Source: Candidatus Bathyarchaeota archaeon (lineage in GTDB: Archaea; Thermoproteota; Bathyarchaeia; Bathyarchaeales; Bathycorpusculaceae). From it: a DNA stretch of 64,000 nt. The number at the start of each line of letters is the position of its first letter. Within the stretch, counting starts at the first letter, position 1. Of the stretch, positions 59,310 through 64,000 are shown piece after piece. The stretch lies in NCBI GenBank assembly GCA_003164295.1, contig PLTA01000012.1, positions 6,331 through 70,330 on the forward strand. Reading direction: 5' to 3'. The notes below the pieces were generated by a model. It was not told the origin of the DNA and ran no database searches. It saw only the letters and a list, made by a program, of their open reading frames with translations. The translations under genes were made by a program, and so were the position numbers.

Positions 59310-60507
59310 GGTTCTTATCCCCTAGAACGGTAACATAAGCTTTTGTTCCAAAGCCTTCATACTCTAAAACACAACCACTCTTCTTTGAACCATTAAACTT
59401 AACTTGACGCTCGCCAGCTTCGCCCCTTAGCTGACGGTAAATCTCGAAGATTTGTGCTCCTCCCGTAGCGCCCAATGGGTTTCCATCCGCTTTTAACCCA
59501 CCGTTGGTGTTAACAAAAAGTTGCCTACCATCGATATCATAGCAGTTTTGATCATTTTGGCAACCTTCATGTATACTCTTCCAAGCCGTACCTGGTACGC
59601 AAAATCCTAAGTCTTCAAGAGAAACAAGCTCCATCATAGTTGACTGATCATATACTTCAATAACCTGCATCTCAGACAAGGCTGTTTTAGCCATTTTAGA
59701 AGCATTCTTCATAGCTAGTTCACACGCAACAAAGTGGGAAAGGTCTTCTCTCGCAGGGTAATTCAAGTAATCAGTTGCTGAAGTTGTTCCCAAAACGTAA
59801 AGTGGGTGGTCATTTAATTTTTTTGCAACTGTGTCACTTGTGAGAATTAAAGCTGAAGCGCCATCGGAAATCGGGGCGAAATCGTAGAGTCCTAAGGCTT
59901 TATGCGCTGTTTTTCTTGCTTTTAAAACCTGGTCAATTGTTATTTTTCTTTGATACTGAGCATATTTGTTTTTGGTTGCGTTTGCGTGATTTTTAACTGC
60001 AACTTGTGCCAGGGCTAAATTTAGTTTGTCTAACTTTTCGCCTATTATATGGTGCTTTTTTATGTAGGCTCTAAGCATAAGCTCATGGTTTGATTCTGGA
60101 GTTCCACCCGCAAAGTAACTCCATGGATCATCAAGAAGCATTAGGTCATCGCGTATTTTATCCCAGCGGTCAGTCATTTTTTCTATACCGCCCACAAGAA
60201 CAGTATTGTAAACTCCAGCCTGTATAGCATGGCAGGCGGTTAACAATGCAGCACTAAAAGAACGAGTAACTTCCATGGGAACATGAAGCTCAGTTAACTC
60301 TGAAAGGAAACCCTCTTCTAAACCTAGTTTATTTGTGATCGGGAGAAAACAATCTGACATGTAACAAGCTTCTAAATTTTTGCGTTCCATATTGCATTCA
60401 TTTGAAGCTGCAAGCCATGCTTCTTCAATCAGCTTTTCTGGTTCTTTGCCGTAATGTTCTCCAAACTTGGTTCTGCCAACGGCAACAATTGCTGGACGAT
60501 TTTGCAA
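59302..60507 (-). CDS. Archaeal thiolase-fold protein with degenerate catalytic motifs
   Basis: GRTKFG, GGIEKM, KNHANA, PISDGASA, NTNGGLK; catalytic Cys/His motifs altered. Confidence 0.85.
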   Translation of the reverse strand: MQNRPAIVAVGRTKFGEHYGKEPEKLIEEAWLAASNECNMERKNLEACYMSDCFLPITNKLGLEEGFLSELTELHVPMEVTRSFSAALLTACHAIQAGVYNTVLVGGIEKMTDRWDKIRDDLMLLDDPWSYFAGGTPESNHELMLRAYIKKHHIIGEKLDKLNLALAQVAVKNHANATKNKYAQYQRKITIDQVLKARKTAHKALGLYDFAPISDGASALILTSDTVAKKLNDHPLYVLGTTSATDYLNYPAREDLSHFVACELAMKNASKMAKTALSEMQVIEVYDQSTMMELVSLEDLGFCVPGTAWKSIHEGCQNDQNCYDIDGRQLFVNTNGGLKADGNPLGATGGAQIFEIYRQLRGEAGERQVKFNGSKKSGCVLEYEGFGTKAYVTVLGDKNLE

Positions 60508-60646
60508 GTTCTGTTCTCCAGATTATAATAGCAACTATCCTTTTCTGAAAAGACTATTAAGGGTTTGCCATATTTCCCATGAAAAAGCGGCTCCGAAGGC
60601 GGAAACAGTTACAACAAGTAAATACTTAGAAATGCAGACAGAAACG

Positions 60647-62053
60647 TTAAGACGGCGGGTTAGAGGTGCCGTTAATTTCATTTATGGTTATCTGGCGCTT
60701 CAACGTTTTTATTAGCTTTTGCAGGTTTTGGCTTAACTCAACAACATAAACTGGTGCCTCAGTTAACGCTTGATAGCCACCTGGAAGTTTTGATAAATTC
60801 TGCGCAATACTCAATCGAATTTCATCAAGCGAAGGCAACTTATAGATTATTTTGCCCTTTGCCATGACTTTAACAAGCAACGGGTCACCTTGTATCTTTT
60901 CATCTGCTAAAGCGATAACGTCTTTTTCATAATCGCCGATTTTATTTTTGAATCTGTAAACTTGTTTCCTGCCAGGCAAAGTGATTTTGTCTTTGCTTAA
61001 CTTCATTATGGGCGAGAATTCCCCATTGGAATTAATGGTTTCGCAGAGTTTGTAAATCACATCTAAATAGGGTCTATCAGCTGAAGTGCCCATTTTTGTT
61101 CCTACCCCAAACGAATCAATTTGCGCGCCATTTGTGAGAAGTTCATGTATTTTGAATTCGTCCAAATCGCCGCTTGCAAAAATTTTCACGTAAGTCAAGC
61201 CTTGGTCATCAAGCATTTTGCGTACTTTTTTACTATCTGCGCCTAAATCGCCGCTGTCCAAGCGAACTCCTCCAAGTTTAAAGCCCTTAGCCTCAAGCTC
61301 CTTAGCTACAACGACTGCCTTTTCTGCGCCTGAAATGTCATCGTAAGTATCGATTAGAAGGGTGGATTTGTTTGGGAAAGTTTTGCTAAAGGCTCTGAAT
61401 GCATCTATTTCTTTTGGGTAGGACATGATAAATGAGTGTGCCATGGTCCCGAAAACTGGAATCCCAAAGAATTGTCCGGCAAGTACGTTGCTTGTGCCTT
61501 GGCATCCTGCTATGTAGCTGCTTCTTGCTACTTTCATTCCAGCATCGATGCCTTGTTCTCTTCTTAAGCCAAATTCAATTACTGATTTGCCCTTGGCAGC
61601 GTGTACTACCCGTGAGGCTTTGGTGGCAATCATGGTTTGCAGGTTAACAGTGTTCAGCAGGAAAGTTTCAACTAGTTGAGCTTCTATTATGGGCGCTGTT
61701 ATGCGAATTAAGGGTTCATTTGGGAAAGCGATTGTGCCTTCTGGAACAGCCCAGACTTCTCCTGTAAATTTGAAATTGCGCAGGTAATCCAGAAAATCCC
61801 ATTTAAACCCTTGTTTTTTGAGGTAAGATAGTTGTTCCTCGGTAAATTTGATTGTTTGAAGGTATTGCAAGGCTTCTTCTAATCCTGCAAATAGGAAGTA
61901 GGAGCGGTTTTCAGGTAGACGCCTAATAAACAAGTCAAAAGTTGCTGTCTCAAAGTTTTTGTTGTCGAAGTAGCTTGCACACATGGTTAATTCGTAAAAA
62001 TCAGTGAATAAGCTCATGTTTCCTTCTTTGAGGTGACCGAGAAAACCTTGCAT
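60647..62053 (-). CDS. pncB: Nicotinate phosphoribosyltransferase
   Basis: LFTDFYELTM, EFGLRR, GTMAHS, LIDTYD, VRLDSGD, FGVGT, KITLPG. Confidence 0.93.
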   Translation of the reverse strand: MQGFLGHLKEGNMSLFTDFYELTMCASYFDNKNFETATFDLFIRRLPENRSYFLFAGLEEALQYLQTIKFTEEQLSYLKKQGFKWDFLDYLRNFKFTGEVWAVPEGTIAFPNEPLIRITAPIIEAQLVETFLLNTVNLQTMIATKASRVVHAAKGKSVIEFGLRREQGIDAGMKVARSSYIAGCQGTSNVLAGQFFGIPVFGTMAHSFIMSYPKEIDAFRAFSKTFPNKSTLLIDTYDDISGAEKAVVVAKELEAKGFKLGGVRLDSGDLGADSKKVRKMLDDQGLTYVKIFASGDLDEFKIHELLTNGAQIDSFGVGTKMGTSADRPYLDVIYKLCETINSNGEFSPIMKLSKDKITLPGRKQVYRFKNKIGDYEKDVIALADEKIQGDPLLVKVMAKGKIIYKLPSLDEIRLSIAQNLSKLPGGYQALTEAPVYVVELSQNLQKLIKTLKRQITINEINGTSNPPS

Positions 62054-62190
62054 GCGCTAATAGAGAAGGGCATCATGATTTAATTCTTTCTAGCTGAGGT
62101 ATAATGCTTTGTAGGTTATAGGCTGAAAGTTTAGTGTTCTAATAAGTAGATTTAAAAGTAAATCGTGCCCCAGTAGACAAATGATGACAA

Positions 62191-63981
62191 ATGGCTCTAA
62201 TGTATCCGCTAAAACACGTATTTCGCAACTGGAAACTCTTCACAGCTCTCCTCATCGGCATAGCCCTTGCCGCAACATTTTTTGCAACAATAGATGTTAA
62301 AGCTAATTTATCAGCCGAACAATCGCTTAATCAACAAATAAAAAACGTTAATGTCGATATGGAATTTAATGCCAACCTCAATATGTCCGATGTTAATCAA
62401 GTGCAAAGCAATATTTCAAGTGTAAATGGTGTGAAAAGTGTAGACTTAGTTTATAGGTTCAATGAACCTATCAAAGATTTACAGAATAATTATACTGCTT
62501 ATCCGCAGATAACCTCTTTCCCTGAATCTTCACCTATTTATAATGAATGAACTAACAAAACAGCAGACGGAATAGGTGAAAATCAAACCTACATTATTGC
62601 AGGAACAACTCTTGCACAGAATGTTGCAATCGGAGATAACATCACAACACAGATGATGTTCCCAGATCCAAAACAAGATAACTTCATCACTGTTTACTTG
62701 AATTTGACTGTAGCTGGTTTCGCCCAAATAACCGACACTGGGTACTCATTAATTTCTGGAAACTATTTCTCGATCCCCCAATATAATCCAGTCAGCTCCA
62801 GCCAACTTTACAATTACCGTTCAGATGTTATGATAATAAGTTGGAATAATACTCTCAACAAAATTTGGTCAACCATGGAAAACAGAACGGTTGACACAAC
62901 ATTTCTTATCTCTTTAGACCACAATAAACTCATAAGTCCTTGGAATACCCAAATTTCAATTAATAATGTAAATACTGTTGCCAATGACATATAAAATAAA
63001 GTTCTTTCAAAATACCAGATAAACGGTGGAGTTAACAATAATCTTGATAATGCGTTAACAAGTTTTAATTTTAACTTTCAAAGTCTGTTAATTCAGTTTA
63101 TTCTATTTTCGATTCCCGTTTTCTTTGTTGCATGGTATCTTGGTTACACAGTGTCTGATGTTTCTTTTAACATGAGAAGACGTGAAATTGGGCTGCTATC
63201 AACTAAAGGTCTTTCAAGCGGTCAAATACAAAGAATGTTTTTCACCGAAGCTTTAGCAATTGGCTTTATCGGGGGAGTTATCGGAGTAATTGGCGCGTTA
63301 ATATTAAACCAAGTGTATATGGGCAGCTTTAACTTGAATACTTTGTTTAGTCCGCAAACAATCAGTCCTATCACAATGGTTTTTACCGTAGTTTTTGGCA
63401 TGCTTCTCGCTTTAATATCAGTTTTCTTCTCCGCTCGAAAAGCTTCCAAACTACCAACGGTTGATGCTCTTAGAGAATACCTGCCATTGGCCACCAATCA
63501 ACCATTTCTAAAAAGATTAGCATGGGTAGCGACTATACTTGGAACCTACAAAATAGCAACACTTGCTTTGGGCGTAAATGTGCCTTTGCTAATTTCTCAT
63601 GTAAACGTCTCAGGAGACTACTTCATATCAATTATTCTTGCACCTTTAGTAATACTCGATGGAATACTAAATTATGTTGGACCAATTCTTTTCCTCTGGG
63701 GCTTAACCAAACTTTTAATCCAAAACTCTGTTGGATTTCAACAGTTAGTTTCCAAGATTTCAAAAGTTATGGGTGACTTCAGCGCTTTAGCCGCAAAAAA
63801 CGTCAGAAGAAATCCAGCACGCATCGCAGCCATTTTCTTTATAATTGCGTTTATAATGGCTTATGGGGTTCAAGTAAGTGGGCAAGTTGCAAGTCAACAA
63901 GATTACCTTGTCAGACAGGTGCAATCCAGCGTTGGTGCCGATATATCAGTTAGTGTAGTAAATGCTACCAAAGCGCTATGA
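62191..63981 (+). pseudogene. FtsX/MacB-like ABC transporter permease interrupted by in-frame stops
   Basis: Three track ORFs share one frame, separated only by TGA 62548-50 and TAA 62992-94; RRREIGLL..KG, ARKASKL, AKNVRRNP permease motifs. Confidence 0.8.
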
Positions 63982-64000
63982 TACTATCTTATATTTTAGG

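Noticed and set aside
62548-62994. Stop-codon recoding (Sec or TGA=Trp) in the ABC permease
   Set aside because: The two stops are different codons (TGA, TAA), TGA terminates ordinary genes here (folB, folK, uvrA, uvrB), and the context is not a redox site
1-64000. CRISPR array, transposase, integrase or rRNA
   Set aside because: No regularly spaced repeats, DDE/tyrosine-recombinase ORFs or rRNA-like sequence seen by eye

Overview
Archaeal chromosomal DNA, most consistent with Bathyarchaeia/TACK (inference from the cdvB-cdvA-cdvB-cdvC locus, single-OB SSB, archaeal HMG-CoA synthase/thiolase, DUF1616, TATA-type promoters). From left to right: (1) 1-14.4 kb, a minus-strand surface-glycan locus (DUF362, three GT2, Gfo/Idh/MocA, CelD-type GNAT) containing a tightly coupled racemase / ATP-grasp ligase / opine dehydrogenase / SAM methyltransferase / PIG-L deacetylase block; (2) a CBS-HPF fusion (Hib-like hibernation factor) and pyrD-pyrK; (3) a hybrid pterin cluster with FolE2/MptA, QueD, bacterial-type FolB and FolK, two RFA-P synthase paralogues, DUF1464, DHPS-like protein, DUF447 and a B12 radical SAM enzyme; (4) LipS2-like radical SAM and a degenerate LeuA-family protein; (5) a decaying accessory patch with a frameshifted vapBC, small RHH genes and an unannotated ~132-nt structured RNA with its own promoter and terminator; (6) Cdv/ESCRT-III-Vps4 operon, a tRNA 3' fragment (att-like) and accessory genes; (7) uvrB-uvrA-uvrC, ssb, a DUF35-HMG-CoA synthase fusion next to a thiolase lacking its catalytic motifs, pncB and a pseudogenised ABC permease. 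No CRISPR array, rRNA or complete tRNA was seen. All family calls are motif recognition by eye; no database searches were run.
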